DNA of 64,000 nt from Pocillopora damicornis (GCF_003704095.1 NW_020843882.1:62001-126000); one strand, 5' to 3'; shown: positions 1 to 12,822, counted from the stretch's first letter. The notes: generated by a model from the sequence alone, not told the origin. Made by a program: numbers and translations.

Positions 1-80
1 TACGGGAATTGAACCCATGACCTCTGCAATACCGGTGCAGTGCTCTACCAACTGAGCTAACAAGCCAACTGGGAGCTGAT
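1..80 (-). mobile_element. tRNA-derived SINE head (truncated by window edge)
   Basis: Reverse complement reads GGCTTGTTAGCTCAGTTGGTAGAGCACTGCACCGGTATTGCAGAGGTCATGGGTTCAATTCCCGTA, with a Pol III A box (TAGCTCAGTTGG) and B box (GGTTCAATTCC). The anticodon arm is imperfect, and the flank (AATAAATGACTGTGAATAT) recurs near 40700, which favours a SINE over a functional tRNA. Confidence 0.65.
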
Positions 81-504
81 TATTATGTTGGTTCCATATA
101 ACTCCGTGAAGTGATAAATAAATGACTGTGAATATGTGAAAACTTATATGAATTTTATCTGTAGTTCACAGTCTGTTTAGACTAACGTGTTTTTAAACAA
201 ATTTTCGCCTCATTTAGTACAGCATTAACTGACACAGTATAAGATTCCGTCACTTTTGAATACAATCGCAGCCTAGATGATGAAGTCGCTTCATCTATCT
301 ACTTGGAAAACTCTAACTTAGCAACGCATAAATTTAAGGGCTCTATTCAAGTGCTAATTAGTGCTTTATAGAATAAACATTACAGATGCGCTGTGATACC
401 GTCCCACTTTATCTGCATTCAACAGAACGAGTGTTTTAACAAATTTTTTTCTCATTTGGTACAGCATTAACTAAATTCGGAATCGTCTTTTTTTTTGCTT
501 CAAG

Positions 505-2942
505 GTTCACTGCACGTCTCTGCCTATGAAGAAGACGAGGGATCCTTGCTAACTAGCCATCTTGGTATATCAACGTCTGAAGCTGGATGGAGAAGTTTGC
601 CTTTCTGTCCAACCAAGGGTAAGGTTAGGGGAAGGCATTTATTGTTTTCAGGCACAGATGGCGTTGGTTTCATGGCGGAAATGCAACAAGAAAGAGGCAT
701 TGAATTAGATGTCCCAGTGCCGGTTAAACTGAGTGCAAAGGATACTTATCCAGCTGTTTATCAGTTCATTCCAGCAGAAGACATTTCAAGCACACAACTT
801 GACATAACTGTCACTTCTGAGTCTGATGACGTACCAGCTTACTTAAAAGTATCACGTAACTGTAAGGATGTCAAAGACAACATTAACGTTGTGGACTATA
901 AAGGAGAGTCAATCCGTCTGTCGTTCGCCAAAAGGGGACGGATTACTTTGTCCAAGTTCTCCACTCCACCTTTGACCGCCTCCTCTTCCAGTTGGTTCAT
1001 TGGGATTGCAATTAAAAACGCCGCTGGCGAAACTTCCCCTAAAGCCACAAAGACAGTTGAATTGACTTTGACGAGATCATTTGATTACTCATACGCTCAT
1101 CCATTGTGGATTTCGCAACTTGTAATCAATGTTTTAGGTGGTGTTGCTATTTCTCTTTTGGCATGGTTTATTTTTAGAGTGAGAGATTGCGAGAAGTGCA
1201 AGAAGTGCATAAAGGGAAAAAGTAATAGTACTCCGGATAATTTTAGTTTAAGTATAACCCCCGGTGAATTTTTCTCAGCTATGCTGGCCGTTCTGTTTAT
1301 TCATTCGTTTAGTCGGGGTCCCAAAACGTACTCTTACATCACAATTATTGTCGGTTCGGTTTTAATGGTGGGTTCATTCCAGTTTGTCTTTGCAGACTGG
1401 TATTTAATGATTCAAGAGGGCGACAGAGATCACTGTTATTATAACGATTTCTGTTATCGAGTGCGCTATGCTGATATTCCCTATAATTTAATTGTTAGTA
1501 ATATTATTTACGTCTCGCAAGGCTTGATATTAGCTATAAATGTTCTTTGCATGGAGTCAGAGGTACTTGCTCGATGTACAAAACTTGCCAAGGAACAAGG
1601 AAAAAAGCTGAAACCAAATGAGGAAGAAGAGCACGCAAAACCACATTTTAAACGCGAAAAGAAAGAAATGAAAAAGAAACTACTAGAAGAGGAAAAGGGG
1701 GAGCAGAAATCAAGAGATACAAATGAAATAAAGGTGCAAGATGGAAGAGAGAATAGAGATAGAACGAGCGAGGATCAGGATCATTCTACAAAAATTGAAT
1801 CCCACGAAAGGTTACCTAATCACGTGTTAAGATGTCCCGATATTTCGCTTCATTTCAGAAAAATGCATGTTCCCAGAGATACCGAATCTCCTGACGAAAT
1901 GTTTCCTGCAGCAATTAAAAAGAAGTATAACTTTTCTTTGGGCTACGCTCAAGCCTGGGCCTTGTTGTTTGTAGGGGCATTTTCAGCACTTTATCATCTC
2001 TGTCCGAGTAGGTTGACTTTTCAGTTCGATACAGCTTTTATGTTCGTGAGTGCAGGTTTAAGTATTGTTTGGTGCTATAATGGCATTGAAATGCAGGAAT
2101 GCTCAGCAAGTGTAAGCGCTAAAAATCGTGTAGGAGCAGCAAATATGTTTCTTTACTTCGTAGTTCCTATGTTAATTTTCAATTATCTTGGAACAATGTA
2201 TCATTCAGAAGCAGGGCTCGCCAAAGTGTTCAGAATCCCGGTCTTTATACTTCTCGTTCTCTGGTTAGTAATCTTGCTATCGTGGGCTGGATATAAGTTG
2301 TTTCCTGAGATATGTAGTATAGCCTGCTGGAACTCTCTTGTTCAGAGGCGCTGTTCCAGTGAATGTTGTGAAAACTGTGAAAGGTTCTTCGAGAAGATCT
2401 GGAAAAACAAAGTGTTGATAATAGTTAGCTTTTTTGGTCTCTTCCTCTTTCCGATTTTGTTTGCGAGCCTCTGGATTGCTAAAGTATTAGAATTTACCGA
2501 CGCCTTTCTCTATCTTTGTTTAATAGAGAACGCTGTTGCAGCTTTCGGAACTTTCATTCTCGGCAGTTTTTTTGGCAGCCAGTCAGACTCCAGTGGATGT
2601 AACAAATGGTGTAAAATTTTATTCCGCTTTTTGCAAATTCCTTTTTTTGTGGCAGCCTTTGTCATTTTGGAAACAAATGAAACAATAGATAAGAGTAAGT
2701 CTCCTGAAAAATCGCGTGATTTAAACAGAGAATGTAACTTTATGGGTTTCTTTGACTGGCATGATATATGGCACATTTTTTCCTCGTTTGGTTTCCTTAT
2801 TTCGGCACTAGCGATGATCCATGATAGTTATGAACCTCCAAAAGAGATTCAAGATGGTGATAGGCCTAATTATGGCTCAACTCAAACTTATCATGGGTTG
2901 GAGTCATTGGTAATGTATGATAGCATTGAAGGCGCGCTCTGA
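505..2942 (+). CDS. SID-1 transmembrane family (SIDT1/2-like) protein, large terminal coding exon; 5' exons lie upstream of the window
   Basis: Splice acceptor tttttttttgcttcaag at 488-504, then an open frame to TGA at 2940-2942. SID-1 family motifs: GDRDHCYYNDFC, YNLIVSN, FSALYHLCPSRLTFQFDTAFM, SPEKSRDLNREC, FFDWHDIWHIFSS. Many hydrophobic helices. Confidence 0.9.
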
Positions 2943-3858
2943 TTGGCCACTGAAATTCCAAATATTATTTGCAAGTCGCCTCTGAGCAAGTCGTGCGGGA
3001 TCTACGCCCAAAAATATTATAACTGCTACAGGAATAAATGAGTTAAAATCACCTTTTTGTGCTATATTATGTAACTGTTTTAGTATATACAAAAACAACT
3101 ATTTACTTCAGCATTGCTGGCTGGCGGTGGATATTTACTTCGCCGCTTCGCAGCTCAGAAAAAAAAATCCACCTTTATGATTCATCAAATATTTTTGCTC
3201 GTGCGCGATTGCCTTCACGCTTTGCGAGAAAGAATATTCCCCGGCTAAAACTGGGGGATATCCGAGGATATCACTCAAGTGATATTTCCCAAGTTTCAAA
3301 CGTTTTACATGTACTACGATAAGCCTTCGTTCAAAATTTAATTCAAGATGAGAGAGCGATTTTAGGTTGTTATAGAAGAAGGGAAATATTTTTTTTGTTC
3401 ATAAAGTCGTACCAGAGAACACTCAAATGAGTGAGCGGCAAATCCGCTGTAATCATAGAGTTAACACAACTGACGTGATGTACTTTAAAAATTGTAAATT
3501 TTATGCCGGTTTTTGTTGTAACCCTATGCCTTAAGAACAATTGCAGTCTAGAAGTTATAGTTTTTCATGCTGGTTTGCTTTTGTATCATTTGTAACATAA
3601 TACTGATATTATTAGATGCAGGTAAATAGTACTTCACATGGCAGGAGATCTAGCAAGCTCTATTGAGCTTTTAGAAAGATCTCCTCGAAAGTATTTCTAT
3701 TTAGCTAATCAATCAAATTAAATGTTGGTAGCCTTCTTCAATTGTGACATGTTTGTATTTTTCATGATTCCTTCGGTAGAATATCACCGCTGGAATCCAT
3801 AATCAAATGCAAAGGTTTTGCAAATGTTATTACTTGTAGAATAAAAAATTTAGAAAGG

Positions 3859-4007
3859 GGGTAAGTTTCTAACGAAACTGTGTTGCTGCATCGGTGGGAG
3901 AGTATAACAGGTAATTTAGTGTTAACAACTGAGTTGAAAACGTAAACTGGCCACCGTAAAGGGTTTGAAGGCTGACGTTTCGAGCGTTAGCCCTTCGTCA
4001 GAGCGAT
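3859..4007 (-). mobile_element. Dispersed repeat carrying a minimal hammerhead motif (Penelope-like-element-associated type)
   Basis: The block GGGGTAAGTTTCTAACGAAACTGTG...GCTGACGTTTCGAGCGTTAGCCCTTCGTCAGAGCG recurs in degenerate form at ~15172-15340, ~27765-28010 and ~57080-57200. Confidence 0.65.
3971..4004 (-). ncRNA. Minimal type I hammerhead ribozyme motif
   Basis: Minus strand GCU-CUGACGA-A-GGGC-UAAC-GCUC-GAAA-CGUC-AGC: CUGANGA and GAAA core, 4-bp helix II, palindromic ACGU helix III, GUC cleavage triplet, GCU/AGC helix I. Confidence 0.65.
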
Positions 4008-4660
4008 AATAATAATAATAATGATAATAATAATAAAAATAATAAAAATTTAGATGTATATACTATTTTATGATTTAAATCATTTAAATGAGGTGTAGGT
4101 TATGATGTTGTATTTGTTACACTTTACACGGTTAATAAAGTTAGTATCGTTGTTATATTCAAACATGTAGCAAGTTAAAAAATGGCGATGACATTGAAAC
4201 CTGATTTTAACTGATTTAAAGATAGATCTAATAAAGTATATCATTGCAATAAATGATCAGCTGTGTGCGTGACATTTGACTGTAGCGCGTCACTTTCATA
4301 AATTTCAACGTTTAGGGACTATTTATCGCCGGAGGATTTGTAGGGGGGGGATCACTTGGTTTTCAGGGGGGGCGGAAGGGGGATCAGTCGTCACTAACAT
4401 AGTATAAAGGGGAGCTGTTGAATTGTAAGTGGGAGAGAGGGTCATAAGAATATTACAGAGCCTTATGGGGGATCAGGTAGATTTTTCCGTGACACAACCA
4501 CAATCTTCCGACCCTCCCCCCTCCCCCCCCTCCCCCAAGAAATTGATAATGATTAATCCCGCAGATTCAGTTCAATCACTTTGACAACAAAGATCGGGAT
4601 GATGTCATCTTTAGAATTACATGACTGTGGGAAAATCGGAGAAACAAGAAAAGTGATAAA

Positions 4661-4860
4661 CCCTTTAACTCCCAAGACGTGATTTTTAATTCTGTCCTTT
4701 GGATGCTACACATTTCCATGAAGAATTAGTAACGAGGGTTTGATCTTAAGTAGATCAAGAAAACAACTTCTGCCAGATAAGTTTTCATAACCTGTTTGCT
4801 AAATAATGCACGGATATTATAGGGAGAAGTTACATGTTAATCTCTTATGAGAGTTAAAGA
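4661..4860. mobile_element. Non-autonomous piggyBac-like MITE (degenerate)
   Basis: Left end CCCTTTAACTCCC and right end GAGAGTTAAAGA; internal similarity to the copies at 26178-26381, 53642-53853 and 55436-55633. Confidence 0.55.
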
Positions 4861-6402
4861 CGTTAGCAGATTAATGATTACTTCAGCTCTCTAAAAGGAA
4901 AGACAACATAATTTAATTATTGTTCCTTATGACCATAATATCTGACAACGTTTCCGCACAGCCTCATACCTCATTATTACAACACGATGTCAAAAAACAA
5001 TAGATCGCCATTGGACTGCGGCTTTGTTTGATATTTAGTCTTTACGATCAATAGTCATCTTCTCCATGCTGCTCCCTATATATTTCCAATGGTACTGACG
5101 TGGAGAATTGTTTAACAATCAAAAGGTTCTAAAGTTGATGATTATTTCCTTTGTTCTCCTGACCCTAGTTTTATCTTATTAATTTTTTTATATTTAGGAT
5201 GATTGGGGTCAAAAGATTAAATCAAGAAAGAAAACTGAGAGTGTAAAAATCTGGCATATTTTGGGCAAAGCTTAATCACAGAAGAATCGACCTTGAACGG
5301 CGGTTAGGAAAATGAGGACTGCGCTTCTCGAGCCCTTTTTTTGGTTAACGGAAGGCAAAGGAGGCTCTTTAAAACGAGATTGTGGGTCAAGAGGACTGTA
5401 GTTCTCTTTTTCCTTTGATTTTTTCTATGATATATATGCTGCTTAACTCCACGAGCGAGTGTTATACTCACGGTCACTACTCTGTATTAAGAGTTATTGA
5501 TCTATATAGGAGTGGGGCCGGGAACCGAACATGCGAGAGGAGCACAAGGCGCGGAAATGCTTGGTTGTTTGTTTTGTAGCAGTTTGTTGAAAGGTTAATC
5601 CTATGGGTCTTTTGTGGTTCAATGACGTCAAGAATGTTTGGACTTTGCAAACAAAGATAACAAACTTTGTTTTCAATTCTTTCAACGAAAACAAAGAAAT
5701 CACGTAAGATGACTAAAGATTCATCATAAGTGCAGACCATATTCTGCTGCTGTTTTTAAAGCGGGAAAGGTAGTTTAGCTGAGTAAATAAACGGAATTTT
5801 CACAGTGGATCGTTTATCACATTTAATTCGTGTTCAGACTGAAAGGATCTTTAGTGAGATTAATATCATATTTTCTTTATTCACCAAAATAAAAAAACAA
5901 ACAGTCAATATTCTGTAAAAGGGTAGCTTTCCGAACTTAATACAACTGTAAGGGGACATAAATCCCAACACAAAACGAAAAAAGTAAATTGTTAAAATCC
6001 CAATCGAGACGACGCGGAAAAAATAAACCGATTGTTGTCTCGTTCGTTAGTTTTTTTTGGAAAGCTTTAGGCACACCCTTGCTTGTGATTATCATTTCGT
6101 GACAGCAGAGAACGACTAATATATAATAAACAGTCATCTGAAAAGAATATTAATCTAGAAGGATGCTATCGTCATATTCTTTTCATGGTTACAAATTGTT
6201 CAAAAGTTCAACTACTTCTGTTACGTTTGTACAAAGTGATCACATAATATCATCAAAATATAACTCAAAACCGAAATGTTGTTTTTAAACTACACTCTGA
6301 CTGAAGAGAATGTCGTATAAAGTTTTTACCTCAACCACCATAGAATATCTTACAGTTTTCATAGTTATTTTAAGCAAGAAGCTTAGTCATGAAGTAGTCA
6401 GA

Positions 6403-7383
6403 TCAAACTGCATTTTGAGTGTCTAACTCACTGGATTTTGTTGTGTCTAGATCGTTCTGATCTCGGTCTCCTACTCCACCGCGACACACTGTGCCTGATT
6501 TCCACTGACATTTTAATAATCTTCTGTAAGCGTCACGAAACTCGGCGATACGAAAACAATATATCCAGGGATTCATTGAAGAGTTGCTCAAAGCCAGTGT
6601 CCTTGCCCAGTTATAAGACACGCCAAAATTTGCTTCTGCAAACACAGAGCGCAGGTAAAGGAGTGGAAACCAACAAATCGTGAAAATAACGACAACTATG
6701 GCTATTGTGACCGTCACGCGACGCTCAACCATGTGCTCAGAAGGTGTACCCCTAAGTGACTGTCCACGCAACCGCTTGAGAGTCGCCGAACCTTGTTTTC
6801 GGACTCTAAAAATGATTAAACTGTAGCACAAAATGATAATCAGATAACAGATGCCAACAGCTGCCACTGTGAAATAAGAAGTACCTTTCTTGCTCACTGT
6901 CAGACGTAAGATCCCATAGATTACCGGCAAAGTCCACGAGAAAACCAGGGCGATTTTGAATCGTTTTTTCGTGCGGTAGCTTCGAAAATCATGCGGCCGC
7001 AGAATCACCAAGCACCGATCAATGCTTATTAGGCAGAGATGAAGAACAGACGCAGAGCATGACATGTTGGCGATAAGACGGAACGCCTGGGAAACAAATT
7101 CGTGGCATTCGTCGCGTAACTGTAGGCCAAGAAAAACTGAAAACAGTGGTTGACTGAGTGCAGTTACCATCAAATCAGCCACAGCCATACTTGCTAACCA
7201 GTAATTGGAAATGATCTGTAAACTGGCATTCGTGAAAACTGTTCCGATCACCAATAAATTACCAATTGTGCCAATAATCATTGATAAGATGTTTACGGAC
7301 AACAATCCACTGATATGGCCTTCAGACAACTGGCAAGGCTGTGTTGTAGATGGGCTGGTTGAAACATTTACGGGGTCTTCCAT
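6403..7383 (-). CDS. Single-exon rhodopsin-class (class A) GPCR, 326 aa, ligand unknown
   Basis: Seven hydrophobic segments with GN (TM1), MAVAD (TM2), SIDRC (DRY position), W in TM4, CWFP (TM6), NPWIY (TM7) and helix-8 EFRDAY; N-terminal NVS sequon. Confidence 0.93.
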   Translation of the reverse strand: MEDPVNVSTSPSTTQPCQLSEGHISGLLSVNILSMIIGTIGNLLVIGTVFTNASLQIISNYWLASMAVADLMVTALSQPLFSVFLGLQLRDECHEFVSQAFRLIANMSCSASVLHLCLISIDRCLVILRPHDFRSYRTKKRFKIALVFSWTLPVIYGILRLTVSKKGTSYFTVAAVGICYLIIILCYSLIIFRVRKQGSATLKRLRGQSLRGTPSEHMVERRVTVTIAIVVVIFTICWFPLLYLRSVFAEANFGVSYNWARTLALSNSSMNPWIYCFRIAEFRDAYRRLLKCQWKSGTVCRGGVGDRDQNDLDTTKSSELDTQNAV

Positions 7384-10300
7384 TGCGACGATTCCTCGAT
7401 AACAATGATTGTGCGGAAACTCTGTCTCTCAAATTCTAGCTCGAACCGTGTACGTTTAACGATGGCTCACCCCCAACTGTCAGTATTCTAATAACGTATA
7501 GGATATTTAACCTAATACTTGTGTAATGAGCATTTCTCTTTCGTCACGTGCGGAGTTAGTTTCCGGTATGGCGCCCACTTGGATAACCGGTATTTTACTA
7601 ATGACAGTTGTGGCCGGGATCTTAAATCCTCGTGTGAACAATAAAATCGTAAAGTAGAACCAAGAACAAAAGCTTGCAACATGTAAGTTTAAATTACAAT
7701 TTCATTTGATGCGTGACTTGCAAATAACAATGAGTAATAATATTAACGTCGTTTCCTGCGGCAATTAATAATTCGAATCTCTTTGATGAGATCACCGGGC
7801 GCGTCCATTTAAAATATCAAAGTCGTCCACTTTGAGCAAGCGTTCAGGAAAAGCCTTTGATAGAATAAATCCAGATGTGGCTTTCTTTCAAGTACTTCAG
7901 CTCTGTATTGCGTGCAGGTAGATCACTGATAAAATTGCATTAGAGCTGGGTACACACACCGCCAGCTCAGTTTCTAGTGATGCGCGCCAAATATTATTAA
8001 CTATCAAAATGTGATCAATTTTCTTTCAGAACACCCCAGTAATATTTTATGTGCCGGCAAAATCTCTGACCCTTTGTGCAAAGGAATTTCCAGAGAAAGA
8101 TCCGAAGTTCCCTTAGGGACTCAAAGCGACTTAAGTCCAAGTAAATCTGTATGAGAGGAGGTTGTTTTTCTTCCGAATACATTTTTTCGCACGCCTTTGA
8201 ATCCTTCAGACGTCTTTTATTTTTTCGATCTACCACCCACCCGTTGCTTTCAGACTTCAGAAGACACTTGTCAAAATTTCGCATGAATAAAATGAATGTT
8301 CCCTAAACCACAATTCGGCATTTTGCCACCCACAACGTGACACAGACATGTACCCACTCTTAAAACGACACGGTAGTTTGAAATTATTTTAATCGAGTTG
8401 TTTTTAAAACTAATTTCTATTCAGAAAATCCAGATTAGCAATAGTTTACTTTTATCAGTCTTTAACTCAAATCTGTTTTAAATTACGTTATCTTTTAATG
8501 GCTAAAAAATTGAAGAGAAAGCCAGACGTCATTTGTGCTATTTTCGTCAGTATACATGGCGCGCATCTGAAAGTTGATACACTTGGAATTTGACCGAGAA
8601 ACACCTTTGAGTCACGCCTGTTAAATTTCTTGTAAGATTTACATTCTATGCTTACGGCGTGGGCATCGACAGGTGGAACTTTATGGCTTTTTCAATCTTA
8701 TAGAAGATTTTTTTAGTTTCTTTGTTACTCTTCCCTCGCCATAATATAATTTATTTAAGTTCCAGTCATTTATTTTCTTAATCGTTTTTTGATCCGGCCA
8801 TTTTGACACAAGTTTCCTTCTGAGCTTCATTATCGATCGATATCATACTGAGTTGTTGGCCTTGGAATAGAAACACTCTTATTTTAATAATTATGTCGGT
8901 AAATAGAGCTCTTAAGGTTTATTTCCTTGTAAAGTGGAAAAAAAATCCTAGGATTATGTTGGCTCATAGCCGGCAGATGAATTAAACTTGGCCCCCAAAA
9001 TAAGTTCAATCATCGTTCAGATTCATCTGGCTCGCTGTTATTTTGTTAGTTTTTCTTGTAACAAGCTGGCGTGTTCCTTACAAGAAGGAAGTTTAAAACG
9101 AACGGCCTCTACACACGAAATACCTGGGCAATGAGTTGTTGATCAAATGATAAATCCTATTGATTTAACTAACCACGCAAATCTACTCTGACAAGTTTTC
9201 AACACTTAATAAGACTGATATATATCGGTGAAGAAGGTAATCACCCAATTATGTTCTCACTATCGGGTTCCGTTCATTGTTAAGTAGCTTCTTTTCTTTT
9301 CGTAAAGACAAAAACGCGTTCTTAGTTTTTTCTTGTACGTGCGCCAGGTCACAGATCCGGTACAATGCACTGCGCTTCGTCTACAGCCGTTGTTACTTCA
9401 AAGCATTTACCGAAGGTTACAAAATATTGTCAAGTGTATTTGTGGGTTTTTCTTTTTCCAGGCTGATAGTTATAGCAGCTATAAATACCTTAAACGATGA
9501 GTTGTATTGATCTGGGGTAAATTGTTGTATTGTTCTTGTTGTTGTTGTTGTTGAGAAAATGCACAAGGGTAAAACGGCATGTATTTTATGTCTTCATAAA
9601 TGGTTTCTGCGGAAAGCTTCTTGAGAATGCTTTATGAGATTTACTTGGTAAAATTTATAATCTTCATTCGCGGTGCGCGAATCTAATAAACGGAATTTTA
9701 AGAAGAAATTCTGAAACCACATACAGAGCATTCTTCATGTGATATTGGCGGTTTGGGTTGAATAATGGCTAGATTGCAGAAAAACATCTGCCCGCATCCA
9801 GTAAGGTAAACGTTAGCCACTTGAGAAATGTCTGGCTCTAATATAAATAGGTTACACGAACAAAGCATAACAAATTAGTCCTTATCAAAGATGATTGTTG
9901 CGTCTTCTGCATTGTACTCAGAGTCGCTTTTTCGAGAAAAAAAAATGTATTGAATGCTCTGGAAAAGAAAACTGGATTCCTCATTTTGATGACGTAAAAG
10001 GAGGGAAAGCAGGAGAGAAACATAAGCTTGTGACAAAATTTGCATGTTTTTGACTGTGATGTGTCGTCATCAGTTCAAAGGCCAAGATTTCTCTCGTCAC
10101 TGTCTCACCCATGGACTGAATAACTATCATACGCTCACGTTACGACCAAACATTAAAGGTGGCACGGCAGGCTTAAAATACTTGAGGAGCTACATTCTGT
10201 CGAGGGGGGAAACCGAGCGGGATGTTGGAGAAGCAGAGCTGTTGAGCACACAAGATCATGTTAGCCTTTCACTGGCGTTTAAAAAAATGGGCCGAGATTG

Positions 10301-12822
10301 AGAAAGTGCGCCAGGGCCCTGGGATGAATCACAAGCTAATCACTTAATACGTTAGGTCAATGAGAGGTAGAAACACTGAACATGCAACTGCAAGGATAAT
10401 GTTGCAATAAATCCGATTAAGAAAATCTTTCGTCGTTTATTTAAAACCATGTAATGAACGAAGAAATCGAATGTTTTGACCTCGTTTCAAGCAATTTTTC
10501 AACTATTGCAAAAGCCGTTTTAAACGGTATATTAAACCGTTTATTTTTTTATATAATTTAAATCCCAAAACTGACTTCATCGCATCGAAGTTCACCTTTC
10601 CTCGCTCTATATCACCTTAGAAAACGGAAGGAAACGAAATCACCTGAAATCGCGCACTGCCTCATAAGCTTAGCATTTCCCGGGCGGATAATTATATCGC
10701 AGAAAACGGCACTCTACGAATGAAGTGATAAGGTGTCAAACAAATTATTTAATGATACAGTAATTTGGGTGGGTCGTGTAATTGTTAACCATGTGCTATT
10801 TATAAGCGCACAAGAACGGTCAGCTATCTTACAACGGTCATTTTGCATGATTCCATTCATTCATAATTTGTGAACAGCCAAAAAGATTGCAACATCACAT
10901 TTTGGCAATGAACTACGCATTTGTTAATTTTATCAGTAATCATTCTTTTCACTGGGCTCACTTTAAAAAATAATGATGGCTTTCAGAGAATCTGCTGTGG
11001 ATGCAGTTCTTATATTTTGATGATTTTTCTCAATTTACAAGACTTCAGCTTGTTCATCGCAGTACTTTCAAACGGCAGCGATCAAACACAGAAATCTGTC
11101 CCTCACAACGACAACTTTAAGCTTCTCTCGCCACCTTTTGATGGAGGCCCTCGACTATAAATACAAATCCCAGACTTCCATAGCGTTGAAATAAATTCGA
11201 GAATTGGACGGGGACCGAAACAAAATGCACTTAAAACAGAACTTCGAATCTCTTCGCAAAGGCTGACGAAATTTTTGAGATTTCGAACAGAAAAATTTGC
11301 GATACCAACAATTTGACAAATTAACATTCATTACCTATAAATATCAATCTTCCGGAGGCAACGCCAGCTAAACCTCTTGAATTGCGTCTTCTTTTCAAGA
11401 ACGGATTCAGTCAGTTCCGGGAACACCTGAACAGGCGTTAAATAATTTGCCAACATTCTTTCACCTGGAAGTTGTAGAGTTGTAATTATGATTACAAGCA
11501 GGTTTTGTTTTTGAGGTCTAGGGCACACAAACTAGCAAAAAATGACAATAAGAGAAATGATAATCTTCGCTAGCCTCCTCTTTCTTCCGATACTTCTTTG
11601 TCAAAACCCAGGACCTAACTATTAAGTAGACAGGACCGGGGACCTAAATGTAATATAGCAGTCTATTTTGTTTTTGTTCTTTATGTGTCCGTGAAAATCG
11701 TCATCAGTTGAAGGTTTGTCATTCAAATATCTCTTTGGAACAAAACGTAGAATTGGCTCAAAACGTAGAATTGGCTCAAAACTTAATGTTGTTCCTTTAC
11801 CTCACAGGGGTAATTATCGGCAAAAATAAAGACATAGGAAATCTGCCAATTTTGTATCCCACTTGAGGCAAAGTGTGACACATAGATCACTCGAGTAAAT
11901 AACCGCCATCGAAATAATCTTCAATCAGTGGGAACCCACTAAGTTACAGCCGGAAATTTAAACTTTGAACAAAACACACGCAATCGACTGGAATGTTCGT
12001 TGCATATGTGAAAAGAAAAACATGGATTTATTTCCATCACCAACTTTTTGTTTATTTTTTGTAAATAACAGAAGCTGAGAAATTTTTTCTACAGCAAGAC
12101 ATCTACTGTATTAATTGTTACTACAAATTCAAACTTTCTGAAATTCTGTATTAATTAATAGCTTAAAGCCTGTCTTTATTACCTATGGGGCTGATACATT
12201 CATAATGTGATTTACACCCCTGGATCCAAATGTCACTTAATCCTAACACCTGTATCACGCTTGTCTGTGAACAGTCACTCTTTATTTCAGCGCTATGCGC
12301 CATTCATGCGTTTCATGGTAGAGTCACGGAGTCTCGGATAATACAACCGTGAGTTCAGTGCAAAACTAGTGCGGGAGGGGGTGGGGGAAGGGAAAACGTT
12401 TCTGAACGAAACACAAGCTGTCGCCTTATTACCTAGAGTAGTTAAGTTCTGTCCTCCCGAGTTCCATCAAGCCCCTCAAGGGTGGAAGTATACCCCGTGT
12501 TCTCGATAACAATGGCCTGTGGGAAGCCGGAAATGGTAGGAAATGGTAGATTATGCCTCGTGAATGTATTTAAAGGGGGACTGTGATGTTTTTCCGTAAC
12601 ACAGTTCATAGCTCCATTCTCTGGGTTTCGAAAAGAAATCAGTGTGGAAGGAATAGAATTTTTCAATGGAAGGTATACGAAAAGGTTATATTCCCTGTTA
12701 AAAATGTCAATGATGTCTTGATGTCCCAAATACTACAAAGAGGAACTGTTCACGGTAAAATATCTCACCTTAATCTAACCCTAAAAATTACAGGATTACA
12801 CCATTTATCTAAGCAAGCAAAA

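Noticed and set aside
1-80. Functional tRNA gene
   Set aside because: Imperfect anticodon arm, truncated by the window edge, and the flank recurs elsewhere; better explained as a SINE head.
181-475. ~50-bp direct repeat (181-232 and 426-473) as tandem microexons of the SID-1 gene
   Set aside because: The repeat is real, but no convincing donor sites or coding frame were found; treated as an intronic duplication.
4310-4560. G/C-run-rich segment as a regulatory G-quadruplex
   Set aside because: It looks like a generic interspersed repeat with weak inverted ends, and nothing in the window supports a function.
8015-11528. Short ORFs between the GPCR and the MIase-like cluster (e.g. 8015-8284, 11331-11528)
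   Set aside because: No recognisable motifs or consistent exon chain; they may be UTR exons or chance ORFs.
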